Shown: positions 1 to 12,849 of the stretch, piece by piece
Layout: the number at the start of each line of letters is the position of its first letter
How positions within the stretch are numbered: the stretch's first letter is position 1
From: Rhizodiscina lignyota
Taxonomy: Eukaryota
Assembly (NCBI GenBank): GCA_010015805.1
Contig: ML978139.1
Coordinates: 62,001 to 126,000 of the forward strand
Length of the DNA stretch: 64,000 nucleotides
Direction of reading: 5' to 3'
Position numbers and translations under genes: made by a program
The notes under the pieces: model-generated
What the model saw: only the letters and a program-made list of their open reading frames with translations
The model's database searches: none
What the model was told of the DNA's origin: nothing

Positions 1-788
1 CTACGGACCCCATCCTCTACTCGTCTCAGGTGTCTGCAAATGCTAGCAACGTACTATCTGGGTCGCAAGACTTGGAGTCTGAGTCTGAGTCATTGTCTTC
101 TGCCCTTGATCTTAGTGACGTGGATGAGGAAGCTGAGGATGAAGAGTCGAGCGACATCACCAATTGTCCATACTGCGAAGCTCCCGTCTCGAGGTCCGCG
201 CTCTACGACTTCGACCCTAAATATAGCCGCAACAAACGCATGAAAATCGGTCAGCAGGCTCAATTCTGTCGTTCCCACCGCCGTGCCGACGCACAACTGG
301 AATGGGACAAACGCGCCTATCCCACCATCGAGTGGGCAGAGCTACCATCGCGGATAACGCTCCTTTACGATCACGTGCTCGATATTATCGAGCAGAAGAG
401 GGACTGTGTATTCCTCAAGACGTTGGAGGAGAAGATTGACAGCGGGAGACACCGCAATCTCGCGCAGTCGATGCTGACGGACGATACCGCTCTGGATGCA
501 CTGGTGCCTGGGTATTATGGGGGAAGGGGCGCCAAGATCATGGCCGAGTGTTTGACTTCCTCCTTTGGGAGCAAGTTGAGGGAGCGCGCGGGCCGGGAGG
601 ATAAATACATCGCGGCGGCGGGAGTGAGCGGGTTCGTGCAGGCGGTGCTGGTGCCAGAGGTTGGAGCGAGGCTGGTGATGGAGGATTTGGGCGTTAATGA
701 GGACCGCGCGGTGGAGGTATTGAAGGAGGCGGCAGAGTTGGGAGATCTATTGCATGATGGGGAAGACGAAGAGGGAGGGAGGTGGTGA
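1..788 (+). CDS. RTC4-like domain protein (5'-truncated at window edge)
   Basis: CPYC...QFCRSH...W...YPTIEW segment followed by PGYYGGRGAKIM and GFVQAVLVPEVGARLVMEDLGV, typical of the fungal RTC4 domain. Stop TGA 786-788; true start lies upstream of the window. Confidence 0.8.
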   Translation, partial: TDPILYSSQVSANASNVLSGSQDLESESESLSSALDLSDVDEEAEDEESSDITNCPYCEAPVSRSALYDFDPKYSRNKRMKIGQQAQFCRSHRRADAQLEWDKRAYPTIEWAELPSRITLLYDHVLDIIEQKRDCVFLKTLEEKIDSGRHRNLAQSMLTDDTALDALVPGYYGGRGAKIMAECLTSSFGSKLRERAGREDKYIAAAGVSGFVQAVLVPEVGARLVMEDLGVNEDRAVEVLKEAAELGDLLHDGEDEEGGRW

Positions 789-3700
789 GGCTTGTGGCTT
801 ATTCCCGAAAGATTGTTTGCTTGGGACGGAGCATATGTGGCTGGCACGGCTTTGACCTCACATAATGGGATTGCTGTCTTTGTGGCACTCTTTGCATCTT
901 TCCGAAGTTGATGTACATTATTTAGGAAGTATATTTGGAGCTAGGGTACCGCCATAGCGTGGTCGAGATCTGCCGCCGAGCGATAAGAGCTTGGGCTGAG
1001 GCAATAGAATTGTTCAGACGAGGTCGCACAAAGAAATCCTTTGATGTAGAAGTCGATGAAGTGTCAACTCCAGGTCGATAAAACAGGGGTTTGGTGTGTA
1101 ATCGTCACCGCTCGCTTAACGAATAGAATATCTGAAATTGGACAAGAGCCACTCTGTATGGCCCTCGTCCTTATCGGCCACACAGAGCGAGTGGCGACAT
1201 CCTTAGCGAGGAGGATTTGTGGAGGATTACGAGGCTCTGCTGTGTAACATACCCGCATTGAAGATCGCGGAGAAGCACGGATTATTCCGCAGCTTCCAAG
1301 AACCGACTATCTGAAAACGAAATCATCCACAGATACGAGAGTTATGAAGGATGAGGGGGCGGGCCGTTCCTTCAGCAACAAAGGAGAAGTTGGCAGGGAC
1401 GAGGGGTAGTGCGCGCTCGAGCTCGTGCTCGAGTAGAGGGCTTTCATGTGAAAGTCTTAGGGAAGAGCTAGTTGAGCTGGATGTGGAGAAGGCGGGCTGA
1501 TGCCGAGAGCGGCGGCTTGAATCGCCTGAATAATGAAATTGATGATGAAGAAATCGAAGGATGAGAGGAGTGAAGCTAGAAGTACAGCTGTAGCTGAGAC
1601 AACAGCTTGGCTGATGCGTTCTCTGCTGAGGCAATTCCTGCTTTTCGACCTTTCGTTGACATCATCTACTGATATAAGCATCCAATGGTTCACAGTAGTG
1701 TACCGAAGGCAGTAACAAAGCTCGTGCCTTGCTGTAGCGCGGGGTATACGCCATTACGCAAAACGGCATTATCGATCCAGATCGTCAGCATCTCCACGCT
1801 CCCCATCGTAGGGCAAATATTGGCCTAAAACCCGACGATCCTGGCACTCAACCTGATGAGGGCAAGCGGAGAAGGATGGAGTTGAGGAGGAACGGGGGCG
1901 ATATCCTTAGTACCCGCAGGACGGTGGGATCGGCTCAAAGGTTGTTGATCTTCAGGTACAGTGGTACAAACATGTGGAAGTCGGTTTGCACATCTCATTA
2001 CTGCTTTGGGCCGGCTCGCAAGGATAGCGATCGAGAGACTCGTTACACAGAGGCTGTAGCCGATGAGCGATCCGTATTTGGTGGCTCCGGAAGATGAGGG
2101 CGGAAAATGATTGCAGAATAACGAGGGAGGGAAAATAGGACAAGAGCTCCCGCTTAAATTCAGGGAAGCAAGGAGCAGAGAAGTGCAAAGGCGTGCCGAG
2201 TTCTGTCGAATGAGATTATGCAGGTGCTCGCAGGGCGCAACGGGTCTGGAGCAGACGTCAGCCTCCAAGGCGTTCTGTATGCACAATTAATGCAGTCGAA
2301 GCATCTCCACAGGACCCTGAGGGACCGAGTGCGCTCTGATATCTGGAGAATATTAGCTTTCCCGAAGGGGCCGCCGCCGTTCTTAGGCCACAGCGATCTC
2401 AGCTGTCGTACAAATAAAGTTTGTGGTGGAATTCGGATTCGGATCAAGTCGGAGGAATCGGAGAAACAGATGTTCGTCTCGCCTTGCTCTAGCTGCGCAC
2501 CAAGTGCATTTTAGAACAATGCTCGGTATTTTGAAAAGCGAGAATTGCCCTCTATGCCATCCTTCTCCCGCCGGCTAGAGACGGTTCGCGCATCGCGGTT
2601 GAGATTATGCAGTGGAGACTTCCGTGCAAAAGAAGCTTAGGAGCCACCTCAACTGCAGCGAACGCGTGTGAGCTTGTCATCTACCATTGGCCAGCAGCGG
2701 CCACCAGTAAGCAGTTGCATACCGTTGGAGGCTTCTGGCACTGTGGCGTGCAGTCCAACGTGGGGTTCTGGTACATTGCAGTCATCCTGGAGCGCGCTGG
2801 CTGTCAAAACGGTTCCGCGGAGGCATACTGCACCAGGGTTCATCGCTGATATGGAGGGATCCAGGGCAAGACCTCAAGTCAAGACGGATGTGCGGGAACG
2901 CTTCCACGCATTGCGGAGCATGCTCCTTAGTACCAATGAAAAGAGCATTTAAGAACCACGAATGTACCTTTGTAGAAATCGCGATGGAGGGTGGCTTCCA
3001 CAGAGGTATACGGGAGATGTCGGAAGTACTCAAAATAGGCGATGGCGAAAAGTCTTCCATTCGGCCGCTGTGGATGAAACTTTTACCTCATTGAAGAAAA
3101 TCCAGGCCCGTCTCGGGGTGTAGTAATGTGGATACAGCTGTAAAAGTAGCTTTCTCCGTCCAAATTTTGGCAAATTTTCGAAGATGGCCTCCTTGTGGCA
3201 ATCGCAAGAAGGCTGGCCGTCCTACCTCCCAGGCGAAGAGTTGGGACGGTGTTGCAGTTGATGGCAGGGCAGGAAAGATAGCGAAGTAGGATCTCTCCAA
3301 GCGATTGCGATCATGGTTGTGCGAGACGACTGGGCCAATTGTCCAGTCAGAGCAAGCGCAAAAGCAGCCGTTATATGTTTTGCATACGGATGGAGGGGTG
3401 TGCAATCTGCAGTGGACTGGTGGACAGATAACAGCCTTACCATGCAGATTGGACTGCAAGTCACGGCCCAGGACTTCCCTTGAGCGATACAGATGGTTCT
3501 TGCCCTCCACTACGCAACGTGCTGTTATTTTGGCGCCAGATCTGTTCGCCAATCCGCCATCGCGCCGATGACAATGGCGGTGTGCGTATTGGTCGATGGT
3601 GTCATTTTGCCGCTCATGCACCCGCGAAAATTTCCTATCAGCAATGTTTCAAAGTAGGGGTCTCTAGCTCTTTAGTGGACGAGGAGTGCGCGCGCACTTT

Positions 3701-4819
3701 GGGTTTCGTAAGAACTGGCAAAAAGGCGCAGCGAATGGACGTTGACTGGAAGGAGGAATGGCAGCCGAGGGGCCGGTTGGCGACAGTAGTGCTGCGTGCC
3801 GGTACCAGCGCTCCTTGTCCCTCTGCTGTGCGTGTCCCGGCCGATCCTCCTGCGCACTGCAGTTAGGCCTTCGCTATCGCATGGGAGGGTAGGGGGCGCG
3901 GCAGGGAAGAGAGTGGCAGAGCCAGACCACCGTGCCGCCGCGCCGCGTGAAAAGGTCCGAGTTGTGAGTGGCATAGCGCTGCCCACATGACGGCGCAGAA
4001 GGCGTGCGGCTAGGTACACTGGCCTAGCGACCTGCTGACCAAAGGATATCGTGGTGAATACATAGGCCTCTGCCATTGATGTCGCGATCGATAGCAGGCA
4101 CGACGGTGCAGTGAAGCTGGACGCTGGCAACCGGCCGGTTTCAGTTCTCGTTGCTCATCGAAACTCGCGCTCGATCCGATTGCAGATCTTCCCCGGACTC
4201 TGGATTGGAAGGGCACGAAAGCGGTTGAACTCGCTGCCAAGCCAGCCCCAGGCATTTGGCGAGGCCCTTAGAAACCCCACGGCACGCCCACTGCTCCGTC
4301 ACAAAGAACCTCTCCTTGCAACCCGTCACCACCACTCCAACAATCTCGACTCCTACGCCACGCACCGCAATCGCTCGACATTGTCTACTCCTGCTTCAGC
4401 GCACTCTACCCTCTCGCGCTCGCGTTTACTCATCTACCGTATCGCATAACCTACCCGTCACCGCCACTCGTACTCGAGAATCGTCGCCTGCCAACTTCCT
4501 GCATTTTCCACCGCACGCCTCAATTCGCTCTGCAGCGCCTGGAAAACACCTCAATCGACAGTCTTCGAGCGGAACACGTTATTCAGATTCAATTCGACCG
4601 ATCCCTGGTCCCGTCGGTTTCCATTGTGACCTCCGTCATGGGTGTTAGTCCGCGTTGATAGGGTCGTGTTCACTCGGTCTGCGATAGGAGTATCGGCAGA
4701 AGGGACTCACAAAGAGAGGGAGGGAGTGGGTGAAGGGGACAGCGGGCTTTGGCTCTCTCACACATCTCTCCGTCTGTGGTGCCGCACCCATCATCCTCGA
4801 ACACTGAGAATCCTCCACC

Positions 4820-6559
4820 ATGGCTGAAGTGTTGCCTCCCGAAGGCACTGGGTACTTTGCCCCCTCGCCATTACGGCGCTCTCCACCATCATCTACCTTC
4901 CTCATCGGCTCTCCAAACTCCTTTGTCTCGGACCTCCAACAAAAGTACTGTGCATCGCATAACGAAAGCCTCTCTGCGTCTTCGTCCTCAGCTCCCCCGT
5001 CTTTGCATAGCTCGCGCATCGACCTTCCAGCCGCATCATTAATATCGACACCTTCATCAACTTTTTCGCTGGATAACAGTGAAAGTGAGGAGGAGATAAA
5101 TTTTCCTTCGTATGGCGACGACACTTCCTCTGAGGACCTGGAAGAAATTGAGGAACCGATTAGTCCGAAAAACGAAGCCTCTCCCACAACAATATTGACA
5201 GAGAGCAACACGACACCCACGAATACTCCTGATCACGCATACATCTCAGAAGACGACACAGCGATAAGACCTCAGCCCACTCAACATGTGGACTATCTCT
5301 CGTACGAATGGCAGGAGGAGGATATATGGGCATCGTGGAGACATATTGTGTCAAAACGCAGAGTCTACGGTGAGCGTTCGCGTCTCGAGAACGCGTCGTG
5401 GCGAACTTGGACGAAGCAGAAATATCAGCTCAGGACCATTTCACCTGAGACGCTCAACTGGTTCGTGAAAACACTCTGCGACTATTTTCTACTATTCTAA
5501 CACGTCTCTAGGCTTAAGGATTGCGACGTGACATGGCTCTATGGTCCGCTGCAAACGGCAAGATATGCTTCCGAACCTACCAGCAATCTTTCCAAGAACA
5601 ACTCTTTTCTCAACAAGAAACCGATCCTCAAGAAGCGGAGCATGTCGGAGGTTATGCTTCAAAAATCGATTTCAACGTCATCTCTAATTAAGCAGGCTGC
5701 TGCTTCAGTCAAAGCACAGGAAAACCTAGGAAGCGGTGGACGAGTGCGCCGACCAATGTTGGGCAGTAGAGCCCACTCAGATTTCGTGACATCCGCATTG
5801 CCATCGAATGCCGTATCGAGAGATGAATCTGCTTCTACCGCGGTGTCATCGAAGTCAACGTCAGGCCTGCGGACGCCTGCTGATGGTGAGAAACGGCACA
5901 TTCGATTCGACGAGAAGGTGGAGCAGTGCATTGCGGTTGAGGCGAAGGAAGGCGATGAGGACGAGGACGAAGATTGGTCTGCAGTCAAAGAAGATGATGA
6001 GGAAAGTTCTGACGATGGCATCGTCATGATGAAATCGGACCGAAAAAAACCAATGTCGAGAAGCAACTCGAGAAGCAGCTTCTCAAACGACAGCAAAACT
6101 ATTGCGAAATTACCGTCAACGAAACTGAAATACAGGACCGACTCCTCTGACGTATCTGATCATCCTTCCCACTCGGTTAACACGCACTTCTGGAGATCAC
6201 CTAAGTTGTCGCCTTCGCCCTCTCAAGAGACACTGCGACCCAGCAATCCATCGACCAACTTCCTTCTTCATGATGAGGATGAGGAAGAGGAAGAGGATAT
6301 CTCCTGGGAGCCATCCGGTGCATTCAGTAATCGCGTCGACAGTCTCGAACAACTGGACAGGCAGTACGCCAAAGTTGACCGAGACGTGAATGGGAGCCCG
6401 AGTGGCTTACGAAGAACGGAAAGTGGCATGTTCATGCCCTACGAGGACAACGAGGAAGAGATCGTTAATGCGGGTCTCTTTGGCAAAGTCATGGATGGCG
6501 TCAATACCGCCAAAGACATTGCCCATGTAATATGGAACGTTGGGTGGCGAAGCTCTTGA
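4820..6559 (+). CDS. Reg1/Hex2-like protein phosphatase 1 regulatory subunit (DUF1752 motif)
   Basis: HVDYLSYEW...RLENASWRTW. Intron 5461-5511 (GTTCGT...CTAAC...TAG) joins TLNW-LKDCDVTWLYGPL. HIRF is an RVxF-type PP1-docking motif. C-terminus NTAKDIAHVIWNVGWR. Confidence 0.88.
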
Positions 6560-7555
6560 ACTTGGTTTTTCTAAGGCTGGCGGTCTCTGCATTTTGCTAC
6601 ATGGACCTTTATAGCACGGCTCAAATCTTAACCGCTAGCGGCAGCTGCGGTTTGTTTTCAATAAGCAACGGGTGGATGGGCAAAGTTTTTGATATTTGCA
6701 CTGGCATGGCGAAACCGGGCCACGGTCGACCAAGTGCGGAACTTTTTTCGATTGTACTTTTGGACGAATAGCTACGGCCTATAGAAGCTACGGCGCCACG
6801 GTGCTGCATGGCTTCTTCGCTTCAACGGGTCGATAGAGGATGCCTTTGCCGGGCTCCAGTACACATCACGAATTGAAGAATGTGAAATGCAATTTCAAAA
6901 ATATCTATTTCGCACCTACCTTTTTGAGCATAGTGTATGAATAACTTGTGAGATTTCCTATCGTACGAACAAAGGAAGCAGAGATTAGCCGCGGAACGTT
7001 AACCTCACAGGATCCCTCAAACTGACCTCCGTTACAGTCTATTTCCGGTTTTGAACATGATCACTCTCAGGGGTTTACCGAGCGCTGACTAAGAATCCTG
7101 TCACGGCCTCAACCTTAACTCCAACCTTATGGACAGCTCGTTCATTTAGCATCATTTCGGCAGTCCGCGCAGCTGGGGAATTTCAGCGCCAGAGAGACGG
7201 AAATTAAACGCTTCGGCGTGCAATGGAACTCGCTCGGACCATTTGGAATGAGGAGACGGTACGGTTGCGGCCGACGATGCGTCGTTTTTCGAGGGGCACA
7301 CCATCCAGATGTCAGCTACCGAGCGCCACGATGCAGCCTTAGTCCCACCCGCAGGCCGAAACTTCCAATTCTCTGATGCGGGAAAAGGGCATTGCTTAGT
7401 CTATCAATCAATCAAGGGTTCCACGATACAACGCAGGGCATTTGCAACCTTGACGCACATCCTCGACGGTTGCGTATGCGACGCTCCAAGCCCTCTTCAA
7501 TGCCCTGGTAAGAAGAGATCCCTCTAATCGCAGCGTTAGGCATTCATGCTGGAGA

Positions 7556-9266
7556 ATGGCGCCCGGTTATTATCAAGATAAACGCTCCAAGGCGTGCGAG
7601 CCATGTCGGGCCCGTCACGTAAAAGTACGAAATCTACCCACCACTTCGCCGGAACAGCAGCTACTAACTACTGTGCACAGTGCGACGAAGTGAAGCCAGC
7701 ATGCGAAAGATGCATCAAAGCGAAGCGTTCCTGCACGTACAGAGACTTGTTCGAAATCTCAATCCGCGACCAGAATTCAGCTGCCGCCAGAAAGGCGCAG
7801 GTGGCCTGGCGACAACGAGTGAAACCGGCTCGATCGAGTTCGGATGCTTCGATATCATCAAAAACTCCGTCGCCTCCAAATGAAATGGCAGTAGCGTCCG
7901 ATGTTTATCCAGCTCTAACAGAAGACCGACTTTATATCGTTTCTTGTCGTTTCCTCTTTGATTTCACTATTCCCTCATACAGGAGTGACCAATTCCGGGG
8001 CGTCATGGATCATCTCCCAGACCTATATCTCTATTCCCATCCAGACTCGGCGCTCCGTACCGCCGTCGCAGCCACATCGTATATTAATTTCTTCCGGAGA
8101 AGTCCGCAACCACGTATGGACGACAAAATCACTGCTTCAAAATATTACACCCAAGCACTTGCTCGCCTTCAGAATGAGCTCAAGTATGAGGAGATGGCGA
8201 GGTCCGATGAATTGCTCACGGCGGTCTATCTCATGGGAATATACGAGGTGAGCAGTCCTGAACATGTCAGCAAGCGTTATAGCCTGGTCCCACGAGCCTC
8301 TGTGTCCAGGAGCTTACATTTTGTCATGCAGACTATGTCAGCGGGTACATCGAGAAGGTTCATCGAGACTCATGCTCAAGGCCTCGCAGTACTTCTCAGG
8401 ATCCGAAAACCGCCCATGTCAGACACCGGGCAAAGCTTCAAAAGTTGGCTGACGGCCAACTTCCAATTGGTACGCTTGAAGCGAATATGAGGATATGTCT
8501 AAGAATGGCGACTTATTCGCTCTTACAGCTTCTGTACTGCCTCTTGCTCGGCCGACCGTCGTTCATTGAGTACGAACCCTTCCGCGAGGTATACGAAAAT
8601 TCCCACTTCGTCTTAGTTCGTCTCATGGGACTGATCCATAAAACCGCCGACTTGCTCCCTGCGTTTCATGCGCATCTGAACAGCAGCGATGAAACTTCCC
8701 GTTACTCGTATATGCAACGACTCTACGCTCTGGAGAGAGAGCTTTTGTATTGGCATTCCACCCGTGGTCAGAATTGGATGTACGAAGGAGCTGCGGACCT
8801 GCTTGGCAGTCAGCCGTCTTTCCTTAAAAACCTCACGAAGTTGCCTGGAGCACCCGATCATTTCAATATGTACGACACCTTACCTTTGATATATATTTTC
8901 AACTTGTACCGAGTCCTTAGGATTGCGATCAATTGCTCGATTCTGAAGACAAAAGGGCCTCAGATTGGAGAATATGACGAGCTCTACAGCGAGGAAGGGT
9001 CGCTTTGGACGATTCGCGAGCTCTTCGATGAGATATGTGCGTCGGTGTATGCGTATTTCATTGTCAGCATTGCGGGCAGAACGGCAGCGATGGATACGTC
9101 GAGTATTATAGGCCTGCGCCAATTCTTCCTGATGATGCCCATGCGCATGTCCATGGGTTATATCCAGACCCTGCAGATCAATCCCATTCCCATGGAGCGG
9201 TGGAGTTGGGCTCAGCAGGTCCTGACGTTTCTGCTGCACTTGAATCATACGGGCAGACCGGGGTAA
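7556..9266 (+). CDS. Zn(II)2Cys6 transcription factor
   Basis: ATG 7556. Intron 7625-7680 joins ACEPCRARHVK to CDEVKPACERCIKAKRSC, completing six Cys. Further introns at about 8248-8331 and 8470-8529. Fungal TF middle region (Y..AL..LQ, LLTAVYLMGIYE, HAQG). Confidence 0.85.
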
Positions 9267-9990
9267 AGATGCAGTCACATCGAGCTTTGATGTGCGCAGT
9301 TGCAATCGCATCTGATACCCCCTTTTTATCTCTGGTTAAGCCAGCAAATCCTCCACACTTTCATGCACACTTCAGATTTGCTCGAACGTCGCTACCGCAT
9401 TTTGGTTAAGTTTATTTCAAAATCACCCTTCACCTGCATTTTTGGTTTGGCGACCTTCCATCGTTACCATGGAAGCCAAGCTGAACTGGCGGCCAAGGTG
9501 TGTAATATATTAGATGGATGACTAGCTGAATGCAAGCTCACTTACTCAGTACTCCATAACCAAAAATCGGAAAGGCCGCTAGACCCAATACGGGGGTGAT
9601 GGTGATTCGGAAATCAGCTGTAGCGCCATGTCTTGGTCTAGCGAACGCCACCAGCAAAAGGGATTCGTCCATGGTGCAGGATGCAAATGCTCAAGTGGTA
9701 CCACACATAACTTTCGCAGCTTCTGTCCATAAACAGACGTCTTCAAGCGATGGCGGATTCTAACTGCACGGCCTTATCGGCAAACCTGAGAAGCATAAAA
9801 GCTTCACGCTCTCCTCCCTGGCACCACGTCTTCACGGATCGTCGCTGATCGTCGCGCTCTCTGGACCAATTAATCACAAGATATCTATTGTTCAGACTAA
9901 TTCCGCTCATCGAGTCTGAGTTATATCGGACCCAGCTCCATTTGCATATCATACTCTTGTTTCCGATAGCGGGACTCCCCATCTTACAAC

Positions 9991-11294
9991 ATGGGCTTGT
10001 TCCATCATAGGAATGACAATACAACGACCGATGTCTTGAGCGCAGCCTCAACTGCAATCGCATCGGCGACCACGGCAGCGTCTTCTGCGACTGCCACCTT
10101 GTTTGATGGTATAAGATGTGGGAACTATGACACCACCGAGCCACTTACCGGCTCTATGGGCTACCACACACTCATTACCATCATTGCTGGAGCTTGCACG
10201 GCTGCTGCACTGGTGCTTTGCGGCGTCCTAGCTCTCACGCATATCCTCAAGTTTCGATGGCCAGATGAGCAGAAACAGTAAGTACATAAAGTGGCCAGAC
10301 GGGAATGCGAACCTCAGACTAACCAGCGAGCTAGACTTGTAAGAATCATATGGGCTCCTGCCGTCATTGCAATCTTCAGCTTCTTCGGCGTATGGTTCTA
10401 CGGTGCCGCCGGATACGTAAAGCCAATTGGTGAATGGTACGAATGCTTTGCATTAGTACCCATCTTCTACCTCTTCATCCACTACGCGACGCCCAACGGA
10501 CCCGTCAGCACGCACCCTTTCAACAAGCTGCCGGTCACTGCAGCATCTTACAGCGTGGACCTGTCATCACTCAACGTGAGCGAACCTTTTCAAGATGATT
10601 ACTCCGACTTGGTGCTGATAATCTCTGTTTAGAAATCTTGGCTCATCATTCTCTAAATCCTTCTCGTTAGAACAGTCACTCTGATCGTCGCACTCGCCAC
10701 ATTCGGCTCTGAATGCAAACTGCTTGTAAAGAAGTCGAAGGCGCAAACATTCATTAGCGTCATCAACATCCTTTCCACCATATTTTGCTTACTGGCTCTT
10801 CTCCACGCACACAAATACCTGAAGCCCTGCATCGGCCCATACAAACCAATGCTAAAACTCTTATGCCTGAAACTCATCGTCGGCCTTGACATAATCCAAT
10901 CCCTCATTTTCTCCATCCTCGCCAACAACGGCGAAATCAAGCCGACCGCAAAACTCAACTTGCCTGATCTGTTGATAGGCACCCAAGACTTCATGCTCTG
11001 CATAGAGTGCTTCCTCATCGCAGTCCTCTTCCTCTTCCCCTTCTCAGCGGCACGCTACTCGACGCGCAACTTCGAGGCTTAGGGCCAAAACGGCAGGGCC
11101 GAGAAGCGGAAATTCTGCCTCGCTTCTTCGACGCTCTCAATTTTACCGATGTCTTCGCCGGTTCGTTTTACTGTATCCAGGCTTAGACTAGCCGCACGGC
11201 GTCTCCCGCCGAGCAAGTCTATGCCTACGGCAAGGGCGCAGACGAGGGTAATGCCGGTGGCAACCCCGATGTCGGTTATTACGAGCGTCGGTAG
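9991..11294 (+). pseudogene. OST-alpha/TMEM184 (organic solute transporter) family gene with premature stops and a frameshift
   Basis: Introns 10278-10334 and 10576-10632 give P.EQKQLVRII, WYECFAL, KPMLKLLCLKLIVGL..IQ and LCIECFL. In-frame TAA at 10654-10656, TAG at 11080-11082, apparent 1-nt deletion near 11122-11127 before FFDALNFTD, and TAG at 11184-11186. Confidence 0.75.
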
Positions 11295-12849
11295 CCAACT
11301 GGATGGGAGGAGTGGCATATGAGGAATGTTCGACATCTATATTTCTGAGTGACAGCGCTTGAGGCATGCTAGAGACTGGCAGCGTGGCTATAGTCATCTG
11401 TGATTTTATTCGGATCCTTGTTGTAGCGGTTTTATTGTATGAGCGAGTTAATATCATTCTAAGACCTCATAGACTAAACCTCTCTCTAAATGATATATCT
11501 TATTTCTTTATTTATCTAGCTCTGCTTGTCTAAATCGGAAGATATATACAAAGTACATACATGTAGTGTAAGTGATGGTGACTAAGCATACCCATCTACA
11601 TGTACCAGACGCTGTCGCGGTTAACGTTCACTTTTAACGTCCCCTTACGAAAATACCTCTCTCGCCAATGTTACCACCATTTTGCCTTGACTATTTGCAT
11701 GACCGTAGCCAGCTTCCAGATTACCCTTTCAGGAGTGAACTATACAGCGAAATCTCGAACTATCATTCGGCCTTTATGGAGCTAAGACAGGAATTCTACA
11801 GCCTTACCTGTCACTTGTGCTTACTTCTCTTTCTGATTCGCGTAACCGTACCTTCGCTCTATAAGTAAATACTACACTTCCAACGAGCTGCTTAGACTAC
11901 TGCCGAAGTCTTCTGTGCTTGGCCCGGTGCCAGAGTCGTCGAATAGCGTATACAAGGTCCATGGACTGGAGGGCGCAACAGCATTCACCTTTGTGACTAT
12001 TCTCTTCTTCTCTGGGCTTTTGTAGAGAAGTTGGATCACCGTATCAGCGTAGACCGTGTTATGTAACGATGGGCATGAATTCTGCTACGCTTTGAAGATG
12101 GAAAGACAGGCCGATTATTGGTTAATTACTCCATAGTTTATGAATCTTTTGATAGCTCTTTTTAAGAGCGATATGGAAGTTTTGAATAACATGAATGATT
12201 CCAATCATTCAAAGTTAAATATATGAAGCAGAATTCCTTGAACTTGCCTGCTGTCTTAAACCGATCACATAACAAACAATCCCTACTTTTGGACGGCCCT
12301 TAACCAGTGCAGATTGAGTGTAGAATCAAAGTGGGGTCAGAGGGTAGCACAGTAGTTTGTATAATACAAGAATTATGGAACGGCTTGCCATTGCCATATG
12401 TATGGAGGAGAGGAGATTGTATGCAGAAACGGACCCCTTTAAAAGTCCAATCTCAAGGTCGATGTCTACTCCGTACGCTAGTCCGTTTACAGACGCGCCA
12501 CGTTTGATGCACGCGACGCCCGCCATAACGCTCCCACCGCGACCGGAAAGTTTCCAATATGTCGTTTAGAGCGTCTCACATCTTTGCGCTTTGGTCGCGT
12601 CGCCGCTCGCTACCTTCTCTTCTATCCGTACACATCAATTGCTTCTGTAAATCTTTCTAATTGGCGCCTTCGGCCCTTTCAGCTTCCTCCTGTACATACG
12701 GCGACTGCCCACCCCCCTACTCCGTACCTCTACTGAGGGACTGCCACGATTTCAATCTATGAGCCTGCTATCCCGCACCCAATAACACCAATCGGACAAT
12801 ATCATCATTTCCCCAGAAAGTCGGCCGCGCGCCTCGTACATGATCAGGA

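Noticed and set aside
900..4300. Many 60-180 aa ORFs between the RTC4-like and Reg1-like genes
   Set aside because: No recognisable domain or consistent exon chain. Possibly decayed coding DNA near 1100-2500, but no call is supportable.
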